From Sulfurospirillaceae bacterium (GTDB taxonomy: Bacteria > Campylobacterota > Campylobacteria > Campylobacterales > Sulfurospirillaceae), in assembly GCA_033723415.1 (NCBI GenBank), contig JAWVXD010000005.1:160001-224000 (forward strand): 64,000 bases of DNA, in the 5' to 3' direction. This document shows, in pieces, positions 11,495-22,248 of this stretch; the stretch's first letter is position 1; the number at the start of each line of letters is the position of its first letter. A program made the translations under genes and the position numbers. The notes under the pieces are model-generated. The model was not told the origin of the DNA. It did no database searches and saw only the letters and a program-made list of their open reading frames with translations.

Positions 11495-14249
11495 TTAGAA
11501 CACCATCGCATCTATGACATAAACTATCCTCTTCTTTTGCTCTATATTTCCAACATCTTGGGCATTTATGTTTGCTTGTATAGTAGATAATAAACTCATC
11601 TCCATCAACTTCAAACTTTCCTAATGCATTTTCTTCTTTATGGGATATTATCTTACTGATAGTAAACCAATCTTCTGCATCAATCTTTTCAAGTTTTGAA
11701 ATCTTCTGTGAAACTGTGCTTATAACTACTTCTAGCGTTGATTTTATCTTTTTTTCTTTCTTTAGTACATCTATGATCTCAAAGAATTTCTCTCTAGCAC
11801 TCACCATATAATCCTCGTCAAAATCAACATCTATCTTATCAAGTGGCGTATATATGAGGTCAAAAACATCTTTTGCTCCATCTTTGATTATCTCAGGAGC
11901 ATATTCTATCAACTCGTCTATAGTATAAGTCAAAGTAGGGGCAAGAAGAGCTATCAATTTTCTTGCTATCAAAGCCATAGCACTTTGAGCTGACAATCTT
12001 ATAGTATCATTTTTAGCATTACAGTACAGTCTGTCCTTAGATATATCAAGATATATGCCGCTAAGTTCAACAGTAATAAAATGTGATAAGGCAGCAAATC
12101 CTTTTGAGAAATCATACTCTCTAAATCTAGCTTCGACTTCATCAAATACAGTTTTTGCATGAGCTAGAATCCATTTGTCTATAGTATTCATCTCGTCAAC
12201 CGGTAACAAAGACTCTAGATCGTTTACATTTGCCAATAAAAATCTAAATGTATTTCTTATCTTCCTGTATTGCTCACTTGTCTGTTTTAGTATATTGTCG
12301 CTGATTTTTAAATCAGTTGTATATTCACTTCCTCCAACCCAAAGACGAAGTATCTCGACTCCATATTTTTTTGCTATATCGCTTGGAGCCAGAACATTTC
12401 CTTTGGACTTGCTCATCTTTTCACCCTTTTCATCAACGGTAAAACCATGAGTCAATATCTTTTGGTATGGAGCTATACCGTTATTTGCAGTGCTCACAAG
12501 GAGGGAACTTTGGAACCATCCTCTGTGTTGGTCACTACCTTCCAAGTACATTGAAGCAGGGTAATCTCCGGCATCATAATCGCGGGATTCCAAAACTGCC
12601 TTCCAAGTACTTCCGCTATCGAACCATACATCAAGTATATCCATAACCTTTTCTAAATTTTTAGGGTCATATCCGCTATTTGGCACCAATAGATCTTCTA
12701 TTTCAAGATCCCACCAAGCGTCAGCTCCTTTTTCATCAAATATACTTGCAATATGATCTATGACTTTTTCATCAAAAATAGGCTCATCAGTAGTCTTATC
12801 TCTAAAGAATGCTATAGGCACACCCCAGTCTCTTTGTCTAGATATACACCAATCCGGGCGATTTTCTATCATTGTTGCAAGTCTCTTCATCCCTGTTTTT
12901 GGATAAAACGTAACTTTTTCAAGCTCTTTCATAGCCATGTTTCTAAGAGAATCTCTGCCTTCATTTTCTTTATCCATTGCTATAAACCACTGTTTGGTCG
13001 CTCTATAAATAACAGGTTGGTGCGTTCTCCAACAAAACGGATATGAGTGCGTGAATTTAGAGCATTTCAAAAGTGAACTGCCCAATATTTCCAAAATTCT
13101 CTCATTGGCCTTAAATATATGTTCTCCGACAAAACTCTGCGCATCAGGCAAAAGGGCTTCTCTTACAACAGTCTCGTCATAACAACCTCTCTCATCTACA
13201 GGCATAATTACTTCTAGTCCATACTTTAATCCGACCCTATAGTCATCCTCACCATGTCCTGGAGCCGTATGTACACATCCGCTTCCGCCATCAACAGTTA
13301 CATGCTTACCCAATATCAATCTTGATTTTCTACCGTTTAACGGACTTATAGCAAACTCGTTTTCCAAGAGTGCCGCATCAAATGTTCTGACAATCTCACC
13401 TTTTAAAACTTCTTGCTTCAAAAGATCTTCATGTAAATCTTGTGCGACTATGAAGTTGTCACTTGTAAGAACGTATTTTTCAGACGGACTGAAAGAGATA
13501 GCCATATTTGCCGGCAGTGTCCAAGGAGTCGTTGTCCAAATAATTACAAAGGCATCGTCTTGCAGCTTTAGCTTTTCTTTTGCACCTGCATCTAACTTGA
13601 AGGCAACATAGATAGAGTAATCTTCTTTGTCCTCGTACTCGACTTCTGCTTCTGCCAGTGCTGTTCTAGCTGCCCATGACCAATACACGGGTTTGCTTCG
13701 CTCGATCAATAATCCTTTTTTGCTAACAACACAAAGAGCTCTATAGATATCTGCCTCAAATTTTGTTTTCATAGTCATATATGGGTTTTCCCAGTCACCT
13801 ATAACACCAAGTGCCTTAAACTCATCACTTTGAATATCTATAAATTTTCTAGCATGTTCTCTACACAACTCTCGAAGTTCACTTTTCGGCAATGACTCTT
13901 TTTTGCTTTTGCCTATATTTTTCTCAACTTGCTGTTCTATTGGAAGACCGTGACAATCCCAGCCCGGTACGTATCGTACATTTTCACCGAAGACATAGTG
14001 TGTTTTGGTAATGATATCTTTTAAAATTTTATTTAACGCATGCCCTATATGGATGTGCCCATTTGCATATGGAGGCCCATCGTGCAAATAAAAACTTTTT
14101 TTTGCATCTTTTCTATTATTTATCATTCTCTCATAAGCACTGTTTTCTTTGCTAAACCATTTATTATATCTCAAGGGCTCGTTTTGCGGTAAATTCCCTC
14201 TCATCGGATAGTCAGTTTGTGGCAATAGCAATGAATCTTTATAATCCAT
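11487..14249 (-). CDS. ileS: Isoleucine--tRNA ligase
   Basis: [25 protein letters not shown]-terminal CPRCW zinc finger; ATG 14249 chosen from AGGAG spacing. Confidence 0.98.
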   Translation of the reverse strand: MDYKDSLLLPQTDYPMRGNLPQNEPLRYNKWFSKENSAYERMINNRKDAKKSFYLHDGPPYANGHIHIGHALNKILKDIITKTHYVFGENVRYVPGWDCHGLPIEQQVEKNIGKSKKESLPKSELRELCREHARKFIDIQSDEFKALGVIGDWENPYMTMKTKFEADIYRALCVVSKKGLLIERSKPVYWSWAARTALAEAEVEYEDKEDYSIYVAFKLDAGAKEKLKLQDDAFVIIWTTTPWTLPANMAISFSPSEKYVLTSDNFIVAQDLHEDLLKQEVLKGEIVRTFDAALLENEFAISPLNGRKSRLILGKHVTVDGGSGCVHTAPGHGEDDYRVGLKYGLEVIMPVDERGCYDETVVREALLPDAQSFVGEHIFKANERILEILGSSLLKCSKFTHSYPFCWRTHQPVIYRATKQWFIAMDKENEGRDSLRNMAMKELEKVTFYPKTGMKRLATMIENRPDWCISRQRDWGVPIAFFRDKTTDEPIFDEKVIDHIASIFDEKGADAWWDLEIEDLLVPNSGYDPKNLEKVMDILDVWFDSGSTWKAVLESRDYDAGDYPASMYLEGSDQHRGWFQSSLLVSTANNGIAPYQKILTHGFTVDEKGEKMSKSKGNVLAPSDIAKKYGVEILRLWVGGSEYTTDLKISDNILKQTSEQYRKIRNTFRFLLANVNDLESLLPVDEMNTIDKWILAHAKTVFDEVEARFREYDFSKGFAALSHFITVELSGIYLDISKDRLYCNAKNDTIRLSAQSAMALIARKLIALLAPTLTYTIDELIEYAPEIIKDGAKDVFDLIYTPLDKIDVDFDEDYMVSAREKFFEIIDVLKKEKKIKSTLEVVISTVSQKISKLEKIDAEDWFTISKIISHKEENALGKFEVDGDEFIIYYTSKHKCPRCWKYRAKEEDSLCHRCDGVLNV

Positions 14250-14340
14250 AATCAAATACTCCTTGAATAATTACAAAAAACTCTTGCAATCTTTAAAAAT
14301 TAGAAGATTTTATCTAAAATCTATTTAAGAAGCACTTATT

Positions 14341-14349
14341 TGGTATAAT
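14341..14349 (+). promoter_or_regulatory. Extended -10 promoter (TGGTATAAT) for cinA
   Basis: Matches the TGnTATAAT consensus typical of Campylobacterota RpoD promoters. Confidence 0.6.
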
Positions 14350-14453
14350 TACAACAATTAACTTTTATATAGAGCAAAGAGAGAGTTATTGATCTTAGGG
14401 CACTTGAAATTGTTATTAAAAAGTTATAAATTGTTCAAAGTCAGGAGATATAG

Positions 14454-15542
14454 ATGGGTAATTCATTGATCATAATAGGAGAATCTTTAATCTACAACAA
14501 ACCTTTTATGGATTATGTCATGGAGAACTTAAATAAACATATAGTCTTATTTGATGTCATAAAACATTTAAATAAAAACGATAATAACTTTTTTCTTGAT
14601 TTAGAAGAAACTATCAATAAATACAAACAGACAATAATAATAGCAGAAGAAGATTCATACAATTTTGTAAATAAAATTTTTTCAACTCTCAATAGTGATA
14701 ATCTAGTACTAAAAGACAATATGCTGATCCCCTCAAAATCCATCATGTACTCAAATAATTCCTATCTTGTAAAAAAAGACGACAATCTGATCAATGTTAT
14801 AAGTGTGTGCGAAAATGAAAAGATGCCTGATATCCTAATAGGTGACATTGATGAGTGTAAAACTTTTACAATAATCGATATTGATATGGATTCTATCAAT
14901 ATTTTATTAGATCCTCTTTGCAGCACATACGAGATAAAGATAAGCACGACCTCGATCGTTCCGGGATGGACAAATGTTAATGCAAGAGCATATAAGTACG
15001 GAAATTTAGAAAACTTTCTAAAATCGGTCAAATCACTACTGACTCACAAATACATAGATACTGATGATGTAATAGCACATATCGCTACTTCTTTAGAAAA
15101 AAACAAAAAGAAGATTACGGCAGTTGAAAGCTGTACCGGTGGATTGATCTCTTCTATGCTGACAAAACATCCGGGTGTTTCTGCCGTTTTTGATGGAGGG
15201 CTAGTTACTTACGCTAATGAAATAAAAGAATCATGGCTTGGAGTGACAAAAGAGACTTTGGATAGATTTGGAGCGGTCAGCGAAGAGTGTTTGCGTGAGA
15301 TGCTAGACGGTGCTTTACAGATAAGCAAAGCAGATTATGCTTTAGCGACAAGCGGTATAGCTGGTCCTGATGGCGGCAGCGTACAAAAACCTGTAGGTAC
15401 TGTATATGTTGGAGTTAAAACAAAAAATGGAGATATGAAGATAGAAAGACTTCTTTTAAAAGGAGATAGAAAATATATACAAAAACAAAGCGCTTATCAT
15501 GCTTTTAAATTGCTTCTGGAGATTGACAAAGAACTCTTTTAA
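14454..15542 (+). CDS. cinA: CinA family protein (C-terminal PncC/NMN deamidase domain)
   Basis: AVESCTGG, GAVSEE, SGIAGPDGGS..KPVGTV. Confidence 0.9.
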   Translation: MGNSLIIIGESLIYNKPFMDYVMENLNKHIVLFDVIKHLNKNDNNFFLDLEETINKYKQTIIIAEEDSYNFVNKIFSTLNSDNLVLKDNMLIPSKSIMYSNNSYLVKKDDNLINVISVCENEKMPDILIGDIDECKTFTIIDIDMDSINILLDPLCSTYEIKISTTSIVPGWTNVNARAYKYGNLENFLKSVKSLLTHKYIDTDDVIAHIATSLEKNKKKITAVESCTGGLISSMLTKHPGVSAVFDGGLVTYANEIKESWLGVTKETLDRFGAVSEECLREMLDGALQISKADYALATSGIAGPDGGSVQKPVGTVYVGVKTKNGDMKIERLLLKGDRKYIQKQSAYHAFKLLLEIDKELF

Positions 15543-15571
15543 AAAATATTTCACTTTTTTTAAATTTTCTC

Positions 15572-15600
15572 TTGACAAATAAATCTTTTTTCTCTATAAT
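15572..15600 (+). promoter_or_regulatory. Consensus sigma70 promoter of the tRNA operon
   Basis: TTGACA-17 nt-TATAAT ending 23 nt before tRNA-Lys. Confidence 0.85.
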
Positions 15601-15623
15601 TTCAACCTCATTACAAAATGAAC

Positions 15624-15699
15624 GACTCGTTAGCTCAGCCGGTAGAGCATCTCCCTTTTAAGGAGGTGGCCGTTGGTTCGAATCCAACACGGGTCACCA
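15624..15699 (+). tRNA. tRNA-Lys(TTT)
   Basis: Cloverleaf, anticodon loop CT-TTT-AA, GTTCGAAT T-arm, encoded CCA. Confidence 0.96.
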
Positions 15700-15708
15700 T
15701 TATAATGC

Positions 15709-15784
15709 GACCCCATCGTCTAGTGGTCCAGGACCCCGCCCTTTCACGGCGGTAACAGGGGTTCAAATCCCCTTGGGGTCGCCA
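15709..15784 (+). tRNA. tRNA-Glu(TTC)
   Basis: CCGCC-CT TTC AC-GGCGG anticodon arm, GTTCAAAT, CCA. Confidence 0.96.
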
Positions 15785-15812
15785 TTAATTTGAACAGTTC
15801 CTGGACAGTTTC

Positions 15813-15888
15813 GGTCGTTTAGCTCAGTTGGTAGAGCGCCACCCTTACAAGGTGGATGTCAGAAGTTCGAGTCTTCTAACGACCACCA
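15813..15888 (+). tRNA. tRNA-Val(TAC)
   Basis: CCACC-CT TAC AA-GGTGG anticodon arm, GTTCGAGT, CCA. Confidence 0.96.
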
Positions 15889-15940
15889 TTTTTATAAGCT
15901 ATTTAGGTTTCGCCTAAATATATGTGACATCTTTTTATGC

Positions 15941-16017
15941 GCGGCGGTAGTTCAGTTGGTTAGAATACCGGCCTGTCACGCCGGGGGTCGCGGGTTCGAG
16001 TCCCGTCCGCCGCGCCA
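15941..16017 (+). tRNA. tRNA-Asp(GTC)
   Basis: CCGGC-CT GTC AC-GCCGG anticodon arm, GTTCGAGT, CCA. Confidence 0.96.
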
Positions 16018-16038
16018 CTTCTTAAAAAACAAATAATT

Positions 16039-16482
16039 TTAAATTCTTTTATTTCTTTCTAGTAAGCCCTGATTTTCGTATATATCTATTTCACTATGGT
16101 ACTCTTTATTTGCCTCTTTGAGTTTTTCATCCATGTAAGCAATCAATTTTGCATCTGCGTTTTTATGACTTGCTATCAATAAAATGAAATGTAGATATGT
16201 CTTTACGTCTTTAGGAAGTTTAAACTTTATTTTCTTAGGGAAAGGAAGTTCTTTAGCAACTATATCTATAGCTTTTTTTAAATCTTCTTGTGTGCTGTTT
16301 CTATCTACAGCGATCTCTGTCATATCTTTGATTGTCGGTTTATCTTCAGGATATCCTGATGTCTTGATTATTTTCGTTTCGACTATAGTTTTGTTGTTTT
16401 TAATAGTTATTAAGACAATCGTAATAAATATGACTATTACAATAAAAATAATTATAGATATCAGTATATATTTTTCTTGCAA
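16039..16482 (-). CDS. Hypothetical protein with N-terminal membrane anchor
   Basis: Long hydrophobic N-terminal helix, then a soluble helical domain; TTG start after GGGGA SD. Confidence 0.75.
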   Translation of the reverse strand: MQEKYILISIIIFIVIVIFITIVLITIKNNKTIVETKIIKTSGYPEDKPTIKDMTEIAVDRNSTQEDLKKAIDIVAKELPFPKKIKFKLPKDVKTYLHFILLIASHKNADAKLIAYMDEKLKEANKEYHSEIDIYENQGLLERNKRI

Positions 16483-16524
16483 CCTTGTCCCCTTTTATAA
16501 TATAAAGTGAACATATTATAGCTA

Positions 16525-16553
16525 ATGCCGCCAAGTTTTTTGCTTAGCGGCAT
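16525..16553 (-). terminator. Hairpin downstream of ccsBA
   Basis: ATGCCGC...GCGGCAT inverted repeat just after the stop; weak U-tract. Confidence 0.5.
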
Positions 16554-16561
16554 AAAATATT

Positions 16562-19500
16562 TTAGAGTTTTTTATCCATTTTCCTATTTCTAAATGATAA
16601 TACTATAACAGCAAAAACAGTTGCTACGGTATAGTATACAAAAGTAGGAATCGGAACAGGATCTCCTGTTGCGTATGAATGCATTCCTGATAGATAATAA
16701 TTGACACCAAAGTATGTCATGATAATTGAAGAATATGCTAATGTTGAAGCTACAGCAAAAGCAAAAGGCGTACTAAGTTTCGGTACAAATCTAAAATGTA
16801 CTACTGCTGCAAATATCAAAATCGACACTAGTGCCCAAGTCTCTTTTGGATCCCAACCCCAATATCTGCCCCATGATTCATTTGCCCATACGCCACCTAG
16901 GAAGTTTCCTATAGTTAGCAGGCTCAATCCAAGTATCATAGCCATTTCATTTATTCTAGTGGCTTCTACTATGCTTCTGTCCAACTCTTGAGCTCTCTTT
17001 GTATTGGCGTTTGGCTGTCTAAATATAAATAGGATAAGTGTAAAGAATCCTAACAAGGCACAGAGTCCTAAAAATCCGTAACTTGCCGTAATGATAGAAA
17101 CGTGAATATCTAGCCAATATGAACTTAGAACCGGTACTAAGGTCGTAATTTGAGGGTCCATCCAACTTAAATGTGCTACAAAAAGCGTAATTCCTGCCAG
17201 AATAGAAGTCAAAGAAAGTGCTATTGTCGCCTGTCTTGAGAAAATTATACCTGAGAGTATAATCGCCCAGGCAATATATATCATAGACTCATATCCATTG
17301 CTCCATGGGGCATGTCCGTCAATATATCCTCTAAGTGCCAGACCTACTGTATGTGCAATAAAACCTAGGACAATGATGAAGAATATGACTTTAGAAGCTC
17401 TTTTGATATTTAGAGACGGCTTCATCATCTTTGCAAATATGAACATGAGCAGAATAAATCCACTTAAAAGGTATAAAGGGGTCAATCTTTGAAATATATG
17501 CGCTTTATTAAAGAATATCTCTGCTTTGATCTTACTAGGACTAGGTATGATCTCAGAAGCATACTGCTCTTGATATTTTTTTATGCCATCTATCGCGTTA
17601 TTTGCATCACTCCAGTTTCCTGTTTTAATTCCTGTAGCAATACCGTCAAAATATCCTGCAAGCATTTTTCTTACTTCTTCACCTTCACTCTTTGGAAAAG
17701 TAGTAATTGCATCTTTTGGGCTAAACCATTTATTGTTCTGATCATTTATCTTTGGTATTATTTTTAAGATATCCCCTGTATAGACCATATAACATATATT
17801 TAACCTCTCATCGACTTTGAGAATATCTTTGTCAAATTTATTTCGTTCACTTGGGCTCTTTCTACTGGCTTCTTCTGCATATTTTGCCAATTTGTAAGCC
17901 CCACCGTCTTTATTTGTTACAAAGAATTGATTGAAATCTGCATATTTTTCATCCGGACTCATACCAAGAATTTTTTTGATAGTCGGATGAAAAACATATA
18001 TCATTTTTTGTGTTTGCCACTCTTTAGGACTGGCTATCATCCCTAGCAACACTTGATTTGGAGTCAAACCTTTAAAATTTGTACCTCTGTATACTTTATT
18101 TAATACATCAGTAGAGAGTGTGTCTATAGGCTTTATCCTGCCATCTGCACTTTGTACGAGTATCGTGCCAAAATTCTGGGCACTGTTTTTATCAAATTTT
18201 TTAAGAAAATTAAAAACGCTGTCATCTGCTTTTGCTTGATTTACACTTAAAAAGCTAAGTGATATAAATAGTGCTAAAAGCAGAGATTTAGTTTTATTTG
18301 CATCTCTTTGTATCATGCTTGCCAACTTTCTAAATCTACTTTTTGGATTCAACAGGTTAAAGAACAATCCAAGTCCTAACAAGAAATAACCTAAATAAGT
18401 AGGCCATTTGCCTGGATCTCTGTTAACAGAAAGGATCGTACCCATTTCATCTCTATCATATGATGATTGAAAAAATCTATATCCGCCATAGTTAAGTACA
18501 TGGTTCATATATATTCTATATGGCATATGTACATTATTTGCTTTGTCTATAACCTCTACTTCACTAGCATAAGACATAGGTGACATTGAACCAGGATATC
18601 TCTCTAGTTGGAATTCGATCAATTTTAGTGAAAAAGGTAATTTAATTATTTTGCTTCCCCATTTTAGCTCAAATGGCGTGCCTGCAACAGTTACTTTCTT
18701 AGCTACCCCTTCTGAACCTTTTCCTCTGCCAAACATCGCAACTTCTTTAGTTTCACCTTTGTAGCTAAGGTCTACTAACACAGCTGACATTTTCATTTTA
18801 GATCTTCTGAACATCGGATTATCTTCACTGACTATTTTTTCTTTAGCGTGAGTTAACATTTGTCTTGGAGCAATATTTACCCCACCTATAGTGTATAATC
18901 TACCTGTTGTAAATTCATACTCTTTATTAGCTTCAAACTCTCCTCTTGTATTTTGTCGCATCCTAAACCAACCGATGGGAGTTGAAGAGTTTACGTAAAA
19001 TTTGCCGTCTTTTACGTAGATCTTGATAATATTTTTATCTGTAGAATTAACCGGAGAGTCAAAAGCAATGATATTATTGCCGGCCGTATAAACCTGTCCT
19101 TTTTGTAAAGTAACATTATTTGGACTGCCGCCAACACTTACAAGCATCGTTATTGTTGCTTTTCCACTTGGATCAGAGACAAGTTTTGTTACTGCATTTG
19201 GAATAAATTTTTTAAATTTAACATCAGCTGTATCACCAGCAACATTCAATTTTATATCAAATTTATTATCTCCGAGAGAAGATAAGAGTTTTTTCAAACT
19301 CACCTCATATTTTTTATCTCCCTTAACTGCACTCACTGTTATATTTGGAGCACTGGAAAGCATTTTGTCTGCTGTCATACCATTTCGAATATGCAAGATT
19401 CCTTCATAACCAAAATATCTTGTAATGCCGGCACCTATAAGTATGACTATAAAAGCAAGATGAAATAAAAAAGCCGGTAGTTTATCACGTTTGTACATTT

Positions 19501-19705
19501 TGTACTTGATTATGTTATTCGCCAATAAAATTGCGAGTGCAACTTGTATGGCTGCGAACCACCAACTGGTATAAATGATAGCCCAAGCGGCTTCAGTACC
19601 AAAATCATTTTCAATGAAAGTAGCGACTCCGCTAACAACACCAAAAATAAAAAGAAGTAAAATCACTGTTCTCATGGACATGAGTGATTTAAAAAATTTG
19701 TTCAT
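16562..19705 (-). CDS. ccsA: Cytochrome c synthase, system II CcsBA fusion (CcsA/NrfI type)
   Basis: ResB-like N-terminal region (FHLAF...G..TR, FFQSS), C-terminal WWD motif GGVWANESWGRYWGWDPKETW, GMHSY. Confidence 0.93.
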   Translation of the reverse strand: MNKFFKSLMSMRTVILLLFIFGVVSGVATFIENDFGTEAAWAIIYTSWWFAAIQVALAILLANNIIKYKMYKRDKLPAFLFHLAFIVILIGAGITRYFGYEGILHIRNGMTADKMLSSAPNITVSAVKGDKKYEVSLKKLLSSLGDNKFDIKLNVAGDTADVKFKKFIPNAVTKLVSDPSGKATITMLVSVGGSPNNVTLQKGQVYTAGNNIIAFDSPVNSTDKNIIKIYVKDGKFYVNSSTPIGWFRMRQNTRGEFEANKEYEFTTGRLYTIGGVNIAPRQMLTHAKEKIVSEDNPMFRRSKMKMSAVLVDLSYKGETKEVAMFGRGKGSEGVAKKVTVAGTPFELKWGSKIIKLPFSLKLIEFQLERYPGSMSPMSYASEVEVIDKANNVHMPYRIYMNHVLNYGGYRFFQSSYDRDEMGTILSVNRDPGKWPTYLGYFLLGLGLFFNLLNPKSRFRKLASMIQRDANKTKSLLLALFISLSFLSVNQAKADDSVFNFLKKFDKNSAQNFGTILVQSADGRIKPIDTLSTDVLNKVYRGTNFKGLTPNQVLLGMIASPKEWQTQKMIYVFHPTIKKILGMSPDEKYADFNQFFVTNKDGGAYKLAKYAEEASRKSPSERNKFDKDILKVDERLNICYMVYTGDILKIIPKINDQNNKWFSPKDAITTFPKSEGEEVRKMLAGYFDGIATGIKTGNWSDANNAIDGIKKYQEQYASEIIPSPSKIKAEIFFNKAHIFQRLTPLYLLSGFILLMFIFAKMMKPSLNIKRASKVIFFIIVLGFIAHTVGLALRGYIDGHAPWSNGYESMIYIAWAIILSGIIFSRQATIALSLTSILAGITLFVAHLSWMDPQITTLVPVLSSYWLDIHVSIITASYGFLGLCALLGFFTLILFIFRQPNANTKRAQELDRSIVEATRINEMAMILGLSLLTIGNFLGGVWANESWGRYWGWDPKETWALVSILIFAAVVHFRFVPKLSTPFAFAVASTLAYSSIIMTYFGVNYYLSGMHSYATGDPVPIPTFVYYTVATVFAVIVLSFRNRKMDKKL

Positions 19706-19780
19706 AAAATCCCCTATATTATAATATAATTAGGGGATTTTAACAGATAAAAGTAAATATTGTTTAAATATTAGTATTTC

Positions 19781-20476
19781 TTATCCACCGAGGTATTTTT
19801 GTCTGATAGAATCGTCTCCTATCATGTCGGCAGCATTACCATGCATTGCAATTTGACCATTCTCTAGAACATACGCTCTATCAGATATATTAAGGGCTGC
19901 AAAAGCATTTTGTTCGACCAAAAGAATAGTAATACCCTCTTCTCTGAGTCTTATAATAGTATCAAAAACTTCACCCACGATTTTTGGTGCAAGCCCCAGG
20001 CTTGGCTCATCTAGCATTAAAAGTTTCGGCTCGCTCATAAGTGCTCTAGCGATTGCTAGCATTTGCTGCTCGCCACCACTTAGCGTTCCTGCCATTTGTC
20101 TTCTTTTTTGCTCAATTCTTGGGAAAAGTTTATACATAGCATCTTTTAAGTGCTCATAATTCTCATCATTGTTAAAAGCACCCATTCTAAGGTTTTCTTC
20201 AACACTCAAATTGATAAAAACTCTCCTTCCTTCAGGAACTAGAGCTAAACCTTTTTGAACCATAGTGTGAGTTTTATGATGTTTAGTATCATATCCGCCA
20301 AAGGAGACAGTTCCTTTTCTTTTTGTACTGTTAAGAACTGCTTGCAGTGTTGATGTTTTCCCAGCTCCGTTTGAACCGATCAATGAGACTATTTCACCCT
20401 CATTTACTTCAAAACTCACTTTTCTGACAGCAGCAATAACTCCATAATAGACTTCTAAATTTTCAACTTTAAGCAT
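19781..20476 (-). CDS. livF: Branched-chain amino acid ABC transporter ATP-binding protein
   Basis: GSNGAGKTS, LSGGEQQM, LDEPSLGLAP; start trimmed to MLKVENL. Confidence 0.93.
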   Translation of the reverse strand: MLKVENLEVYYGVIAAVRKVSFEVNEGEIVSLIGSNGAGKTSTLQAVLNSTKRKGTVSFGGYDTKHHKTHTMVQKGLALVPEGRRVFINLSVEENLRMGAFNNDENYEHLKDAMYKLFPRIEQKRRQMAGTLSGGEQQMLAIARALMSEPKLLMLDEPSLGLAPKIVGEVFDTIIRLREEGITILLVEQNAFAALNISDRAYVLENGQIAMHGNAADMIGDDSIRQKYLGG

Positions 20477-21236
20477 GTTTAAAATCCCCCAAGTATGCTG
20501 CAACAACTTTTTCATCAACAATAGCGTCGCTAGGTTTCCCTTCAAAAATTTCTTCACCGTAATCTAAAACAAGCACTTTATCACACATATTGTTTACAAA
20601 TTTCATGTCATGTTCGATCAATAATACTGTAAGGCCATACTCATCTTTCACTTTTTTAATAATATGTGATAAATCCTCTGTTTCACTAGGGTTCATACCG
20701 GCTGCAGGCTCGTCAAGAAGTAATAATCTAGGATTAGTTGCCAATGCTCTGGCAATTTCAACTTTTCTTTGATTTCCATAGCTCAATGCTGTTGCATTTG
20801 AGTATGCCAAATCAGCAATGCCGAATTTGTCAAGCATATTCAGTGCATCTTGTTTTATCGTTTTTTCATAAAAGAAGTGTCTCGGTAATCTAAGGATCGA
20901 TTCAACATAAGTGTACTTTGCCTGATTGTGAAATCCAATAAGTACATTTTCCAAAACATTCATGCTCTTAAAAAGTCTAATATTTTGGAATGTTCTAGCA
21001 ATACCTTTCTCTACGATCATATTTGGTTTAATACCTGATATCTCGTCATTATTGAAAACAACTTTCCCACTTGTCTGTGTATAGTTTCCTGTAATAATAT
21101 TAAAAAGTGTTGTTTTACCTGCGCCGTTTGGTCCGATAAGTCCGTAAATTTCACCTGCATTTACATTAAATGAAAGATCGTCTATCGCAGTGACACCACC
21201 AAATTGCATAGTGATATTTTGAAGTTGCAATATCAT
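20469..21236 (-). CDS. livG: Branched-chain amino acid ABC transporter ATP-binding protein
   Basis: GPNGAGKTT, RTFQN, LSYGNQR, LDEPAAG, AYLG. Confidence 0.93.
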   Translation of the reverse strand: MILQLQNITMQFGGVTAIDDLSFNVNAGEIYGLIGPNGAGKTTLFNIITGNYTQTSGKVVFNNDEISGIKPNMIVEKGIARTFQNIRLFKSMNVLENVLIGFHNQAKYTYVESILRLPRHFFYEKTIKQDALNMLDKFGIADLAYSNATALSYGNQRKVEIARALATNPRLLLLDEPAAGMNPSETEDLSHIIKKVKDEYGLTVLLIEHDMKFVNNMCDKVLVLDYGEEIFEGKPSDAIVDEKVVAAYLGDFKHA

Positions 21237-22240
21237 TTGCTTCTCCTTTTTATCATATCAGACAGCTCTCTGTTGCCAAATATTCCTTTTCTTGCAAATA
21301 ACATCAATACTATCAATAATATTGAAAAAGTTACCATTCTAAGGCCAGGATGCGCTCCGGTGTTATATCCAAAAATATCCATATTTTGATCTAAGAATCT
21401 CAACCATTCCGTGCCTCCCATAACCAATATGGCTCCTATAATAGTACCACTCATTGAACCTAATCCGCCAAGTACGATTATGATCAATAGTTGGAAAGTC
21501 AATAAGAACGTGAACTGATCAGGAGATATAGTTGTCAATAATGAAGCCATCAGACCGCCACCAATACCTTCAAAGAATGCACTTGTCATAAATGCATATG
21601 TTTTTATCCAAAAAGTACTAATTCCCATAGCAATAGCAGCATCTTCATCATCCCTGACTGCTTTCATGGCTCTTCCATACTTGGAATAAATAATATTTAG
21701 CATGATGATAAAGGTTACAATCGTGATAAAACCTGTCCAGTACAAATTTGCCGTACCAGGTATATCATTTAGACCCATTGCACCATTTGTATATTTTGGT
21801 GAATTCATAGCAAATATTCTGATTATAAATCCAAAACCAAGCGTAACAATAGCTAGATAATCTCCTCTAACTCTAAAAACCGGAATTGAAAGAATAAAAG
21901 CTAGTATTGCAGCTACTACGCCACTTGCAAGAAGCGCAACAAAAAAGTTACTGTGCAATGCCAAGATAATAGGTGCAGGGTCTTCAAGTGCAAACATATC
22001 TACTTTTGTTGCAGCAGGCAATAATAGCAATGAAGTAACATATGCTCCTATAGCAACGAACCCGTTTGGCTCAAGGGAAAACTGCCCTGCCACACCATTT
22101 ATAAGATTATAACTTAAACCTAAGATTGCAAAAATAGCTATATTATTTAGTATACTAACTGTATACGGATCCAAATTGTTTTGAGCAAAAAAGATAAATA
22201 ATATAGAAATAGCTAATAGTATAATTTTTATTATTTTCAT
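21233..22240 (-). CDS. livM: Branched-chain amino acid ABC transporter permease
   Basis: RVRGDYLAIVTLGF, GRAM.AVRDDE, VLGGLGS. Confidence 0.92.
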   Translation of the reverse strand: MKIIKIILLAISILFIFFAQNNLDPYTVSILNNIAIFAILGLSYNLINGVAGQFSLEPNGFVAIGAYVTSLLLLPAATKVDMFALEDPAPIILALHSNFFVALLASGVVAAILAFILSIPVFRVRGDYLAIVTLGFGFIIRIFAMNSPKYTNGAMGLNDIPGTANLYWTGFITIVTFIIMLNIIYSKYGRAMKAVRDDEDAAIAMGISTFWIKTYAFMTSAFFEGIGGGLMASLLTTISPDQFTFLLTFQLLIIIVLGGLGSMSGTIIGAILVMGGTEWLRFLDQNMDIFGYNTGAHPGLRMVTFSILLIVLMLFARKGIFGNRELSDMIKRRSK

Positions 22241-22248
22241 ATTTGCTC

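Noticed and set aside
15900..15920. Hairpin TATTTAGG-TTTCG-CCTAAATA between tRNA-Val and tRNA-Asp
   Set aside because: Ordinary tRNA-operon spacer structure, with no sign of a separate RNA.
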